From assembly GCA_964343885.1 (NCBI GenBank), contig CAYFLC010000003.1:1-33512 (forward strand): DNA of 33,512 nucleotides, in the 5' to 3' direction. Source of the DNA: an uncultured Bifidobacterium sp. (GTDB lineage: Bacteria > Actinomycetota > Acidimicrobiia > Acidimicrobiales > Ilumatobacteraceae). The notes beneath the pieces were generated by a model that was given only the letters and a program-made list of their open reading frames with translations, was not told the DNA's origin and did not search any database. The position numbers and the translations under genes were made by a program. Positions 16,757 to 27,071 of this stretch are shown one piece after another (within the stretch, counting starts at the first letter, position 1; every line of letters begins with the position of its first letter).

Positions 16757-19085
16757 AGTCGTCCTGCGTGCGGGAACGGTCTCGTTGACTGCGACTCAGG
16801 CCGCTACGACGAACTGGAACGAGGCGAGCGTCACGTCAACTTTGACGATCGACAAGGCCAGCCCAACAATCACCGGTTTCAATATCCCGAGTAAGACCTA
16901 TGGCGACGCGAACTTCGCATTGACAGCACCGACATCGGATTCTCCCGCCGATTTCACATATGCGATCGTTCCGTTGTCATCGGCTCCGTTGTCTCCGGCG
17001 GTCGCTTCGATCACGCCGGGAACGAACATTCTCAGTCTGGGTATGGCAGGAACCATCAGGGTGATTGCTCGGCAAGAAGCCACGGACAATTTCACAGCCG
17101 GAAACGTCACGGCTACTTTCATACTCAACAAGGCATCACAGATCACGAACGCATCGCCCGACTTCGGATTCACGCCGACCTCGGGATTGGTTCAAACGAA
17201 CATCCCGTTGTCTCTTGTGGGTGGTGCAGGCCAGGGCGAGGTGACGTACACGGTTATCAGTTCGGGGACCGCAATTTGCACAGTGTCTAAGGATCAGAAC
17301 ACCGGCGACTGGAAGTTGTACGCGCAGAATGTCGGCCAATGCGTTGTGAAGGTAGCCAAAGCTGGCGACCGTAACTTCTTGCCCGCCGAAATTCAGGGTC
17401 TCAACGTCACGATCGGCGCTGCTCAGGTGGTGGCGCCCGTGACCTATCCCGATTGGTTCGAAATCAACGAAGACTCGGTACTGACCCTCAATGCACCGCC
17501 GGGCAAGGTGGTGACCAAGGTCGACTTTGCGAGTTATGGAACGCCAACGGGTTCGAATGGGATCTACACAGTTGGTACATGTCACTCAACGAATTCCGGA
17601 TTCAAGGTCGAAGAGGCTTTGCTCGAGAAGTCAACAGCAACAATCGAGGCGAGTAACTCAGTCTTTGGCGACCCCTGTTATGGCACATACAAACGCCTCT
17701 ATGTAAAGGTGACTTTTGGGGTCGATTCATTCCCTGCCCAGGCTGGCGGCGTGGGAGACGATCGCTCCACCAGCCTTCTTCCACTTTCCGACGGATCGAT
17801 GATCGTCCTCGGCACCCATGTCGGGCCGTCCGCATTTGGGGCCACTACCTTGGCGGGTCGGGTTGATCCGGCGTCGCCGTCGGACTATTTGCCCCAAACG
17901 TTTATCGCCCGAACGTCCGCACTCGGCAATTGGATGTGGGCTCAAAACTTCTCGCATGGTTCCACCGACCTTTGGGGGTATCCGTCCGGGTCATCCGGCG
18001 GGGAAGTTGGTGTGCTCGCAGCCGATGTTTTCCCCGATGACTCGATTGTGATTGCCGGTCGATTCGGCGGAACGTTGACGCTTGGGTCGACCGTGCTCAC
18101 CACGTCATGCGCGTCAGGTGAGCTCTTCGTTGCGAAAATGAGCAGCGATCGATCGTGGGTGTGGGCGGCTCAATCCGGCGGTTGTGCCTACAACACGGTG
18201 CCACTCGGCGTGGCAGTTGGCACCGATGGGGGCGTGTACGTCAGTGGCAAGTTCCAGTACGCGCCAACGACTTTGGGCTCGACAACTCTGAGCCCATCGA
18301 GCGCCCACGGGTTCATGGCGCGCCTGAGTCCGTCGGGTTCTTGGAGTTGGGCGAAGCCGATCGTTGCAGACTGCGAGGAATTGCGCCTCGAGGTCGACGG
18401 CGCAGGTGATGTCTATGCGTACGGAACGTGCGGGCTCTTCAATTCGAACATCTGGACTGACTACGAATACCGCGAAGGCCAATACAACGCGATCATCACG
18501 AAGGTTGACTCGTCAGGAACGTTCAAATGGCAGACGACCGTGACGTCTCCATCGTGGGTCCGGGGTTTTGTCAAGGGATTGCGGGTCTTGCCGAACGGTT
18601 CTTTGGTGGTCACGGGAACATACGGAAGTGGAATGGTGTTCGGCCAAACCACGATGACGAACAACGGAATGTACGTTGCGAAGCTCTCGTCCTTGGGCAC
18701 ATGGCAATGGATTTCAACCGGTGGAGCGCGAAATCAATATGACGGAGTCGCTGGCCTCGCGATTCAGGCCAATGGAACCATAGTTGTCGCCGCGATATAT
18801 CAGCAGTGGGGCACGCCGACATACGGTACGTACACGTTGGCTCCCTCCGATCATCAACGCGACATCGCGCTCCTCAAGCTTGGACCTAGCGGAACCTGGC
18901 TCGCGGCGGAAAGAATCGGCAACGTCAGTAATGGCTGGTCTGCGACCGAAGATGCGATCGACATCGAGGTGTTGCCGAACGGTAGGACCGTCTTGTTGGC
19001 GAATTTCACGTCGACAAATCTTGCGGTTGGAACGTCGACCGTCTCAACCAGGGGCGCGAGCGACATTCTTCTTACGACGCGGTAG
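16757..19085 (+). CDS. Mirror copy of the 5'-truncated surface protein (Ig-like / lectin-like / beta-propeller)
   Basis: Exact reverse complement of 14428..16756. Track ORF 16785..19085 begins at an arbitrary in-frame TTG, and the frame is open back across the axis to TAG at 16707-16709. Confidence 0.72.
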
Positions 19086-20484
19086 TTGGTGGAGTTGAGG
19101 CGCAGGTTGCATTCGGCGGCGGATTCAATTTGATCAGGTAATCGTCGACGAACTTGGTTACGCAGTCGACGTTGAGGTAACTCGTGTGGCGACGCGCGTC
19201 TACGGTTATCAAGCGCACGTTGCCGGCAATGCTTGCTGCCGCTTGAACACCGACAAACGGCGAGGCTGGGTCTTCGGTCGCGCCGATGATCACTGTTGGA
19301 TTCGCCGTGGTTCCTCTGAAGAAGTAGGCCTCTTTCGACTTGGTCGGCCACTGCGTGCAGAGTTCGTCGGGCGCAAAGAAAGTAGCCAGGCGCGGAGCGA
19401 ACGAAGAGATGTCACCGATCGAAGTGCGCTGTGTGTCATCGAAGCACGCGATGGCGACCGAGGCCTCGAAAGTATTGCGGTAATCCTCGTAGCCGGCGTC
19501 TTGGTAGTAGTAGCCCTCGTAGAGGGCCGTGATCTTCGACGTGTCGCCGGATTTGGCGGCGTTCAGGGCATCGGCAAGTTCGGGCCACGACTCTTCGTCG
19601 TAGAGCGCCGAAACAGCCGCGGCGAGGATCATGTGCTTCGTCAGTCCCGAGGGTGGTGTGGCTGTCAGGGCGTCGAAGGTTGACGTGAGATCGTTCTTCT
19701 TCAGGAATTCGTTCAGCACGCGTTCGAACCCCTCGGCCTGGCTGGCGATGCGTTCGGCGCGACTGGCGATGGGGCTCGGCGGAGCATCGAGGACGCTGGC
19801 GCGAACTGTCGACGGGAACATGCTCTGCCACACGAGGCCGAGCACTCCGCCGTAGGAGAACCCGAAGTACGACACTTGCTTCTCACCGAGAGCGCGGCGG
19901 ATTGCCTCGATGTCGCGCGCCGAGTCGATGGTGCCCACGTGGTCGAGAATGTCACCACTGCGCTGGGTGCAACCGTCGATGAACGACTTCGCCGATTCGG
20001 CGGTGAAGGGCTGGTGGAACCAGTCGTCGTAGTTGTCGATGCAATCGACGGCGGGTGTGGATTCGCCGGTGCCGCGTGGATCCCAGGCGACGATGTCGAA
20101 GTGATCGAGGATGTCGCGGCTGAAGTAGTACGCGGCGTTCTGGGCGAGCGAACTGCCTGGTGCGCCGGGTCCACCCGGGTTGACGAGGAGCACGCCAATG
20201 CGTTCGTCTGACTTGAGCGCTCGCTGACGTTCGAGTTTCAAGGTGAATGTTGCCGAGGGCTGCGCGAAGTAGTCACGTGGTACCTCGAGGTTTGCGCATT
20301 CGACGCCGTTGCACGACTTCCACTCGAGGGGTTTGGGTTCGAACGGGAGGGTCGAAGTGGTAGATGTGTTACCTGGTTCCACGGAATCAATCGCCGCGAC
20401 CGACGAGATGGTGGAGTCGGAACTTCCGCAGGCGGAAACCGCAAGAAGGCATGCCGCGAGTCCGGCAAATCGTCGCCTCATCAT
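19072..20484 (-). CDS. Mirror copy: lipoprotein S33 tripeptidyl aminopeptidase
   Basis: Exact reverse complement of 13029..14441, with an identical 470-aa protein. Confidence 0.8.
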   Translation of the reverse strand: MMRRRFAGLAACLLAVSACGSSDSTISSVAAIDSVEPGNTSTTSTLPFEPKPLEWKSCNGVECANLEVPRDYFAQPSATFTLKLERQRALKSDERIGVLLVNPGGPGAPGSSLAQNAAYYFSRDILDHFDIVAWDPRGTGESTPAVDCIDNYDDWFHQPFTAESAKSFIDGCTQRSGDILDHVGTIDSARDIEAIRRALGEKQVSYFGFSYGGVLGLVWQSMFPSTVRASVLDAPPSPIASRAERIASQAEGFERVLNEFLKKNDLTSTFDALTATPPSGLTKHMILAAAVSALYDEESWPELADALNAAKSGDTSKITALYEGYYYQDAGYEDYRNTFEASVAIACFDDTQRTSIGDISSFAPRLATFFAPDELCTQWPTKSKEAYFFRGTTANPTVIIGATEDPASPFVGVQAAASIAGNVRLITVDARRHTSYLNVDCVTKFVDDYLIKLNPPPNATCASTPPTTAS

Positions 20485-20494
20485 TGCGTTGGTC

Positions 20495-22306
20495 TCACCA
20501 GGTGTCGATCATCGGGCGCTTCTTGCCCTGACGTTGCGGGGGAGTCGGAGCGGCGTCGAGCAGGGCGATGAGTCGCTGGCGCGTTTCGGCGGGGTCGATC
20601 ACTTCATCGATCTCGGCATGTGCGGCGATGTTCAAGGCCCCACCACGTTCGTACGCGGCCGCGATGAGCTTGTTCTCGAGAGCCAGCCGCTCGTCGAGGT
20701 CGGCCACGGCTTCGATTTCCTTGCGGTAGCCGAGTCGTACCGCGCCCTCCAGGCCCATACCGCCGAATTCGCCCGTGGGCCACGAGAGGGTGGGGTAGCG
20801 ACCGTGCAGGGTTCCGCCGGCCATGGCCTGTGCGCCGAGGCCGTAGCACTTGCGCAGCACCACGGTGATCCACGGAACCGTGATGCTGCCCGCAGTGACG
20901 AACATGCGGCTGAAGTGGCGCACTTGTGCGGTCTTTTCTGCTTCGGGGCCGACCATGAAGCCGGGCGTGTCGCAGAGTGAAACGATGGGCAGGTCGTGCG
21001 CATCGCAGAGCTGTGTGAATCGCGCCGCCTTGTCGGCTGCGTCGCTGTCGATTGCGCCACCAAGGTATGCGGGATTGTTCGCAATGATGCCGACCGCGTG
21101 TCCGCCGATGCGTGTGAGGGCGGTGACGATGCCGATGCCGAAAGTTGGCCGGAGTTCCAGCCAGTCGCCGCCGTCGGCGAGGTTCTGGATCGCATCGCGA
21201 ACGGCATAAACGCGTGTGCGTTGTTCGGGAACAACGTCACGTAGGGCCTCGTCGTTGCCGGGCCGCGGTTCGATGCGTCGGCGCAGGAAGTAATCGAGGT
21301 AACGCTTGGTGGCTTCCACGGCTTCCGCTTCGTCGCGAACGCGAATGTCGACGACACCGTTGGTCGTCTGCACTTCGATGTCGCCGATGGCGGTTGCCTC
21401 GACGCGGCCGAGTCCGCCACCTTCGATCATCGCGGGGCCGGCCATGCCGATGTTCGAATTTTCGGATGCGATGATGACGTCACAACAACCCAAGAGCGCA
21501 GCGTTGCCCGCGAAGCAGTAGCCCGACGCAATGCCGACGATCGGTACAAGGCCGGAGAGGGCGCCAAAGAGCGCGAAGGCCATGCAGTCCATTCCGGTGA
21601 CTCCGTGCGAATCGGTGTCACCCGGGCGACCGCCACCGCCTTCTGCGAACAACACGAAGGGGAGGCGCATCTCTTCGGTGAAGGCGAAGAGGCGGTCCTT
21701 CTTGATGTGATTGATGAGGCCCTGCGTGCCCGCCAGAACGGTGTAGTCGTACGAAGCGACCGCGATGGGTGCGCCGTTGAGTTTTGCCATGCCGCCGACC
21801 AGGCCATCGGCCGGCGTGTTGGCGATCAGGTCGTCGGCACTGCGTCGCTGGCGTTGGGCCGCGACGCCGAATGCACCGACTTCGTGGAACGAGCCCGGGT
21901 CGACAAGATCGGCGATGTTCTCGCGGGCTGTTCGCTGGCCACGATCGTGCCGCTTTTGGACGGCCTGTGGTCGGGCGGCGTCGGTGGTGAGGTTGCGCCG
22001 CTCGCGGTAGCGGGTCAAGTCGGCGCGCTCGGCCGTGGGAGCGGCTTTCTGGGTTTCGTCGCTTGCGTTTGCGACGGTGCCGGGGGTGATCGTGAAGAGG
22101 ATCTGGTTCTCTTCGACGGTGTCGCCAACCGCAACGGTGATGGAAGCAATGGTTCCGTCGGCGTCGGCCATGACGGGGTGCTCCATCTTCATCGATTCAA
22201 GGACGATGACTTCGTGCCCCGCGCGTACGGCATCGCCGGGCGACGCGTTCACGGCGACGACCGTGCCGATCAGGGGTGAGCGGTGCCCGAGGTTCGCGGC
22301 CGACAT
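20495..22306 (-). CDS. Mirror copy: BCCP-carboxyltransferase fusion
   Basis: Exact reverse complement of 11207..13018, with an identical 603-aa protein. Confidence 0.85.
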   Translation of the reverse strand: MSAANLGHRSPLIGTVVAVNASPGDAVRAGHEVIVLESMKMEHPVMADADGTIASITVAVGDTVEENQILFTITPGTVANASDETQKAAPTAERADLTRYRERRNLTTDAARPQAVQKRHDRGQRTARENIADLVDPGSFHEVGAFGVAAQRQRRSADDLIANTPADGLVGGMAKLNGAPIAVASYDYTVLAGTQGLINHIKKDRLFAFTEEMRLPFVLFAEGGGGRPGDTDSHGVTGMDCMAFALFGALSGLVPIVGIASGYCFAGNAALLGCCDVIIASENSNIGMAGPAMIEGGGLGRVEATAIGDIEVQTTNGVVDIRVRDEAEAVEATKRYLDYFLRRRIEPRPGNDEALRDVVPEQRTRVYAVRDAIQNLADGGDWLELRPTFGIGIVTALTRIGGHAVGIIANNPAYLGGAIDSDAADKAARFTQLCDAHDLPIVSLCDTPGFMVGPEAEKTAQVRHFSRMFVTAGSITVPWITVVLRKCYGLGAQAMAGGTLHGRYPTLSWPTGEFGGMGLEGAVRLGYRKEIEAVADLDERLALENKLIAAAYERGGALNIAAHAEIDEVIDPAETRQRLIALLDAAPTPPQRQGKKRPMIDTW

Positions 22307-22359
22307 GCAGCCAGTCTTGCCGATACGGCACGGGTGGTAGAAAGAGGCGGGGGTGCGTC

Positions 22360-22983
22360 ATGCCACGTTTGCGTCAAGTTTCTCGATCCGAAGCCGACCC
22401 CTCGGTTCTGCCGATGTACAACCTGCTGTTCGGCGATCGTGACCCGGTCGCCGAGCCGGGAACCGCCACGGGAACGCCCGGTGACTGGTGGACGGTCTTC
22501 GCGCTCGTGCCCGAGATCTTCGATCATTCGGTGCGGGGATTCGCGTTGTATCGCAGTGCCGATCGGCGGTTGAACCCGCAGTTGCGGGAACTCGCCCAAA
22601 CGCGCGTCGGCTGGACACGCCAGAGCCGGTTCGTCTACTCGCAACATCGCAAGTCGTGCCGATCCGTCGGGATCGACGAAGAGAAGATCGCGGCGATTGA
22701 TCATTGGGCAACGGCTGATTGCTTCTCCGAACTCGAACGTGCAGTACTCGCCTATGCCGATGCGCTGGTGTTCGACGGTGGTCGTGTTGCAGACGGAGTG
22801 TTCGACGCGCTGAAGCGTCACCTCAGCGACGAGGAGATTCTCGAACTCACCTACATCACGACGATGTACGAGATGCATGCGGTGATGAGTCGCGCGTTGC
22901 GAACCGAGTTCGACGATGTGGAAGAACCGATGAAGGAAATCGACGGGCCCGATGGTCCGGCAATGAAACTGAGGGTGCGATGA
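22360..22983 (+). CDS. Mirror copy: AhpD-like / CMD family protein
   Basis: Exact reverse complement of 10530..11153. The ATG is at 22360. Confidence 0.65.
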   Translation: MPRLRQVSRSEADPSVLPMYNLLFGDRDPVAEPGTATGTPGDWWTVFALVPEIFDHSVRGFALYRSADRRLNPQLRELAQTRVGWTRQSRFVYSQHRKSCRSVGIDEEKIAAIDHWATADCFSELERAVLAYADALVFDGGRVADGVFDALKRHLSDEEILELTYITTMYEMHAVMSRALRTEFDDVEEPMKEIDGPDGPAMKLRVR

Positions 22984-23465
22984 ACAGAACAACAGGGCTT
23001 CATCACGTTGCCTACGCCTGCAAGAACGGCGAAGAGACCCGCCACTTCTATGAAGACGTTCTCGGTTTTCCGCTGGTTCACACCGAGGTCACGCGAATCC
23101 CCGATACCGATTCGTGGTTCAGGCACCTGTTCTTCGATCTTGGTGACGGTTCGTGTATCGCCTTCTTCGAGATGAACAAGATGGGCGAGAAAGAGGGTTG
23201 GCGATCCGACGTGTCGACCGGCAACGGACTTCCCGTGTGGGTCAATCACATTGCGTTCTCGGCCGATGTCGAACGTCAGGCTCGTGCCAAGGCAGCGCTT
23301 GCGGCAGCAGGCATCGAACCGATCATGGATGTCGACCATGGCTGGTGCCATTCGCAGTACTACCTCGACCCGAACGGCATCATGGTCGAGTTCTGCCGAG
23401 ACACCCCGGGATTCACGCCCGATCCGGTGGCGGCCAAGCGCGCACTCGATGAACCCGTGATCTAG
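22980..23465 (+). CDS. Mirror copy: VOC family protein
   Basis: Exact reverse complement of 10048..10533. There is an ATGA overlap at 22980-22983. Confidence 0.72.
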   Translation: MNRTTGLHHVAYACKNGEETRHFYEDVLGFPLVHTEVTRIPDTDSWFRHLFFDLGDGSCIAFFEMNKMGEKEGWRSDVSTGNGLPVWVNHIAFSADVERQARAKAALAAAGIEPIMDVDHGWCHSQYYLDPNGIMVEFCRDTPGFTPDPVAAKRALDEPVI

Positions 23466-23477
23466 TGCCGCGAACGT

Positions 23478-24491
23478 TCAGCCGATGCGCAGGTGTCGGC
23501 GGTCGAATTCTGTGAGTCGTCCACGACGTACCCACACATCGGCGATGTCGACTTCTTGGTCGTAGGCCATCACAACGCTGGGCTTCTTCAGACCTGCGTC
23601 GCGCCAGTCACGAATTGCCGCGGTGCCGAGTCGCTTTGCATACGAGTTCTCGCCATCGGTGATTCCGCGCAGCAACACACGTGTTCCGCGTTTGGCCACG
23701 AATATTGCCGGCCGGGTCTTTCCTTCGCGTCCGGCATCGTCGACGCCGGGAATGCCGTCGAACGACAGCCATGCATCAACCACGTCGCCCGCTTCGAGGT
23801 TGTACATCGCATCGAGAGCCAGTTCGCCGAGCTTCGGCTTTTCCGTCACGGTGGGGCGGGACTCGAGTGTGTGGGCGACAAAATCGATGAATTCCAGTTT
23901 GCCGTCGCGTTCCTGCAGCACGACCTTGATTGAATCGCCGGACGAAAGTTCGCTTGCGCGTGGTGAAGTGGAAGTTGCCGATTCGCCGCCATCGATCGCG
24001 CGCCACGTGATCAAGTCGCCATCGATCATTGCGACGACGGCACCGATGACCCGCCGGAGTCCCGGTGGCGGTGCCGCATCAAGATGCGTGATGGGTTTGT
24101 CGACTTTGGGTCGTTCGAGCTTGCGGATCTCACGGATGCGTTCGCGTCGTTCCTTGTCGCTGAGACCTTTGTGCGAGCGGGGAACGGTTTGGATGATTCG
24201 AAACTCGTTCTTATCGACGTCAATCTGCAGGCGCAGCGTGTCGCATTCGTGCAAGCTCGTCAGGCCGACCAGAAACTCGGCATCGACGATGCCACGAAGC
24301 GGCCCATCGATTTCCACCCAATGCCAGCCCTCGTCGCCGGCAGGCTCGCGCAGTTCGACAGTGATGATGCGCTTGTCGTGTTTGTTCCGTGGCTCGTGTT
24401 GTGCGGGACCCGACGGCACACCGTGGGGCGCGACAGAGTCACGCAGCGAACGCAGCGCGTCTTCGTTCGACTGACGTGGCTTGCCGCCCAC
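23478..24491 (-). CDS. Mirror copy: hypothetical protein with MazF/PemK-like C-terminal domain
   Basis: Exact reverse complement of 9022..10035. Confidence 0.6.
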   Translation of the reverse strand: MGGKPRQSNEDALRSLRDSVAPHGVPSGPAQHEPRNKHDKRIITVELREPAGDEGWHWVEIDGPLRGIVDAEFLVGLTSLHECDTLRLQIDVDKNEFRIIQTVPRSHKGLSDKERRERIREIRKLERPKVDKPITHLDAAPPPGLRRVIGAVVAMIDGDLITWRAIDGGESATSTSPRASELSSGDSIKVVLQERDGKLEFIDFVAHTLESRPTVTEKPKLGELALDAMYNLEAGDVVDAWLSFDGIPGVDDAGREGKTRPAIFVAKRGTRVLLRGITDGENSYAKRLGTAAIRDWRDAGLKKPSVVMAYDQEVDIADVWVRRGRLTEFDRRHLRIG

Positions 24492-24503
24492 GCGAAATGG
24501 CGA

Positions 24504-25418
24504 TTACTCGGGCAGCGGGTAGTGAACGCCCGGGATGCCGGGCAGCAACGGAGTTGCCCAGTCGGGTCGTGGGAGCAGACCGGGGTACGCGCCCGGTGCC
24601 ATGGGAGCCGTGTCGGCGTTCCACGCGTGGTGGATCGGCTGCAACTGGTAGTAGCCGTTCGCCGCATTGGTACCGCCGTCGACGAGGAGGTCGTGACCCG
24701 TGATGTACCCGGCCATGTCGGAGGCCAAGAACATGACGGGTGCAACGATTTCCTTCACCTCGCCGAGACGACGCATCGGTGTGCGTGAGGCGATCCACTT
24801 GTCCATGCCCATGCCTTCGAGTGCGACGCGGGTCATTTCAGTGATGATGAAACCGGGGCTGACGGCGTTGACGCGAACACCACGGTCGGCCCACTCGCAA
24901 CCGAGCTGCTGGGTGATGTTGCGCAGCGCACCCTTCGCTGCGGTGTAGGCGATGATGTTCATTTCGTTCGCGCCGCTTCCCATGATCGAGCAGATGTTGA
25001 CGATGTTGCCGCTCTTCTTCAGCAACATGTGCAGGCCGACTTCGCGCATGTAGAGGAACGCGCCGCGGAGGTCGACCGCCATGATGTTGTCGAACGAGTC
25101 GGTGGGGAAGCGCTCGGCGCCGATGCCCTTCACGTCGGAGATGCCGGCGTTGTTGACGAGGGTGTCGATGCCACCGAACTCTTTGATGCCCGCTGCGACG
25201 ACACGCTTCACATCGTCTTCGATCGACACGTCGCCCGTGACGCACAGAACCTTTGCGCCGAGCTTGCGGCACGCCTCACCGGTCTGCTCGAGGAGGTCCT
25301 TGCTACGGGCCGTGAGGATCAGGTTGGCGCCTGCGCCCGCGAAGCCTTCGGCGAAGCTGGCACCGAGGCCGTACGAAGCGCCGGTGATGAGAACGGTCTT
25401 TCCCTTGAAGTCGAACAT
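24504..25418 (-). CDS. Mirror copy: SDR-family oxidoreductase
   Basis: Exact reverse complement of 8095..9009. Confidence 0.85.
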   Translation of the reverse strand: MFDFKGKTVLITGASYGLGASFAEGFAGAGANLILTARSKDLLEQTGEACRKLGAKVLCVTGDVSIEDDVKRVVAAGIKEFGGIDTLVNNAGISDVKGIGAERFPTDSFDNIMAVDLRGAFLYMREVGLHMLLKKSGNIVNICSIMGSGANEMNIIAYTAAKGALRNITQQLGCEWADRGVRVNAVSPGFIITEMTRVALEGMGMDKWIASRTPMRRLGEVKEIVAPVMFLASDMAGYITGHDLLVDGGTNAANGYYQLQPIHHAWNADTAPMAPGAYPGLLPRPDWATPLLPGIPGVHYPLPE

Positions 25419-25557
25419 TTCTGCCCCCTGTGAGGCCACCGGGACCGGCGGCGAGACCCCTGAAAATAGTGGTTTTGGTGTGAGGGTCGCCACCCGAGGC
25501 AGACGTATGACACCCCCTTGGCACTCTGGGCTTCCGATCGGCACAAAGGAGCCCACA

Positions 25558-25917
25558 TTGTCCACCGCACCGTCCCCGTCAGACCCCACACAGGCAGCCG
25601 CGGCGGCCGTGTTCCGCCGCCTGGTGCGCGCACTGGGTGACTTGTCGATCGTGCCGACTGCGGCCGACAAGAGCGCGTGGGTGTCACTCGACGGTGAACT
25701 TGTCTCATTCGGTGGGCTCGACATCACGGCTGCGGCGCGTCTGGCCAACACACTCGAAGACCTCGCTCTGCGCGTCGGTGCTCCGTGTGCGATGGGTGCC
25801 GACGGTGCCGACGACGATGTCACGTCGTCCGATTTCGTGCCGACTCCCGACCCTGTGTCATCACCGTTCGAACCGGGCGTCGGCTCGTCGCGCGTTCACC
25901 CAAGGATGTACCGATGA
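25558..25917 (+). CDS. Mirror copy: small hypothetical protein (119 aa)
   Basis: Exact reverse complement of 7596..7955. AAGGAG is at 25546-25551 and the TTG start at 25558. Confidence 0.5.
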   Translation: MSTAPSPSDPTQAAAAAVFRRLVRALGDLSIVPTAADKSAWVSLDGELVSFGGLDITAAARLANTLEDLALRVGAPCAMGADGADDDVTSSDFVPTPDPVSSPFEPGVGSSRVHPRMYR

Positions 25918-27053
25918 GCCCGGGCAACCGCGATGGGTTCGCCGCGAATCCGCAGCATGTTCCGTTCGACGAATGGTGGCGCCTCTGGCACTTCGTCACT
26001 GCGTTCGAAGCGAAAGACAACGGATGGTTCCGTATGTGGCTCGAAGTTGCGGGTGGTCGCCGCGTCTGGCACATCTCTTCGTCCAGATTTCACTTCGAAT
26101 ACGTGGCGGTCGAATCGGGTGTCGTTGGTTCGTTTCGCGTGCCGTTCACCGCGCGCGCAGCGAATGCCATCACCGATGTTGCCAAGTCCGAAACCGACGG
26201 CAGGTTGTCGCTCGGCGACGACGAATCATTCGTGATCACCTTTCCCGACGTCACACTGGCGTACGACCTTCCCACCTTCGAACCCGGTCAGGTCTTCGAA
26301 CTCGAGTCGGTCGAGTGCACGGCCAGGGTTTCCGGTGCGCGCCTCGCCGACATTCTCGATGCCGCTCGCACGCCGCCGATCGGCGTCGACTTCCCCGGAT
26401 ACGGGCCACCTCTGTGGTGCGTGGTCGAGAACGGTCGCATTGCCTTTCATAGCGATTGGTCGGGCCATGCCCAAGGTCGCGCGACGGTCTCGGTGTCGGC
26501 TGAAACCGACGGCACGGCCAGCTTCCACAGCGCGGTCAGCATCGTTGCACGTGTTCTTCGCGACTTTACAACGTCCGACGACGGCGACGACACCATCGAA
26601 TTCCAGATCGACGGACCGAACGGCAGCGGATGCCGTGTGGTTGGCAAAGGTTGGACGCTCACGTGTCCGTTCATCGATCCGGTGGCGCTCGAATGGGGAA
26701 GCACGATGCGCCGCGAATTGTCGAACGCCGGAATCGATTTCACACGCGACGGCGACCGTGCCGTCGAATTTCTCGTCGACTTGGTTCAGGTACGCGCCGA
26801 GGTGCACGGCGGCAGACACCCCATTTGTCGCCTGTCGGCGACCATCACACGTGGCATCGACTGCAGCGACTTCCTGCTCGGTGAATTGAACGACTGGAAC
26901 AAGGGCCACGCCGGCGTGAAGTTCTGGTGGGAGAACGACAAGGTTGTTGCAGTGGTCGACCTCGATTGCAACCACATGTCCGACATTTCGGGCGAATCGC
27001 GTCGCCTCGCGTTCATCGTCGGGTGTCTCGCCCCGGCAACGTCGTCGCTGTGA
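25914..27053 (+). CDS. Mirror copy: hypothetical protein (379 aa)
   Basis: Exact reverse complement of 6460..7599. The ATG at 25914 overlaps the TGA at 25915-25917. Confidence 0.6.
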   Translation: MSPGNRDGFAANPQHVPFDEWWRLWHFVTAFEAKDNGWFRMWLEVAGGRRVWHISSSRFHFEYVAVESGVVGSFRVPFTARAANAITDVAKSETDGRLSLGDDESFVITFPDVTLAYDLPTFEPGQVFELESVECTARVSGARLADILDAARTPPIGVDFPGYGPPLWCVVENGRIAFHSDWSGHAQGRATVSVSAETDGTASFHSAVSIVARVLRDFTTSDDGDDTIEFQIDGPNGSGCRVVGKGWTLTCPFIDPVALEWGSTMRRELSNAGIDFTRDGDRAVEFLVDLVQVRAEVHGGRHPICRLSATITRGIDCSDFLLGELNDWNKGHAGVKFWWENDKVVAVVDLDCNHMSDISGESRRLAFIVGCLAPATSSL

Positions 27054-27071
27054 CGACTTGTTGGTTGTGGG

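Noticed and set aside
16740-16773. The palindrome centre as a hairpin-telomere or telomere-resolvase (ResT/TelN/TelA-type) site
   Set aside because: The axis lies inside an open reading frame and mid-way through a repeated protein module. No protelomerase gene is present in the window, and the flanking sequence has no distinct AT-rich or telomere-like character. This is not formally excluded; see finding 1 for the test.
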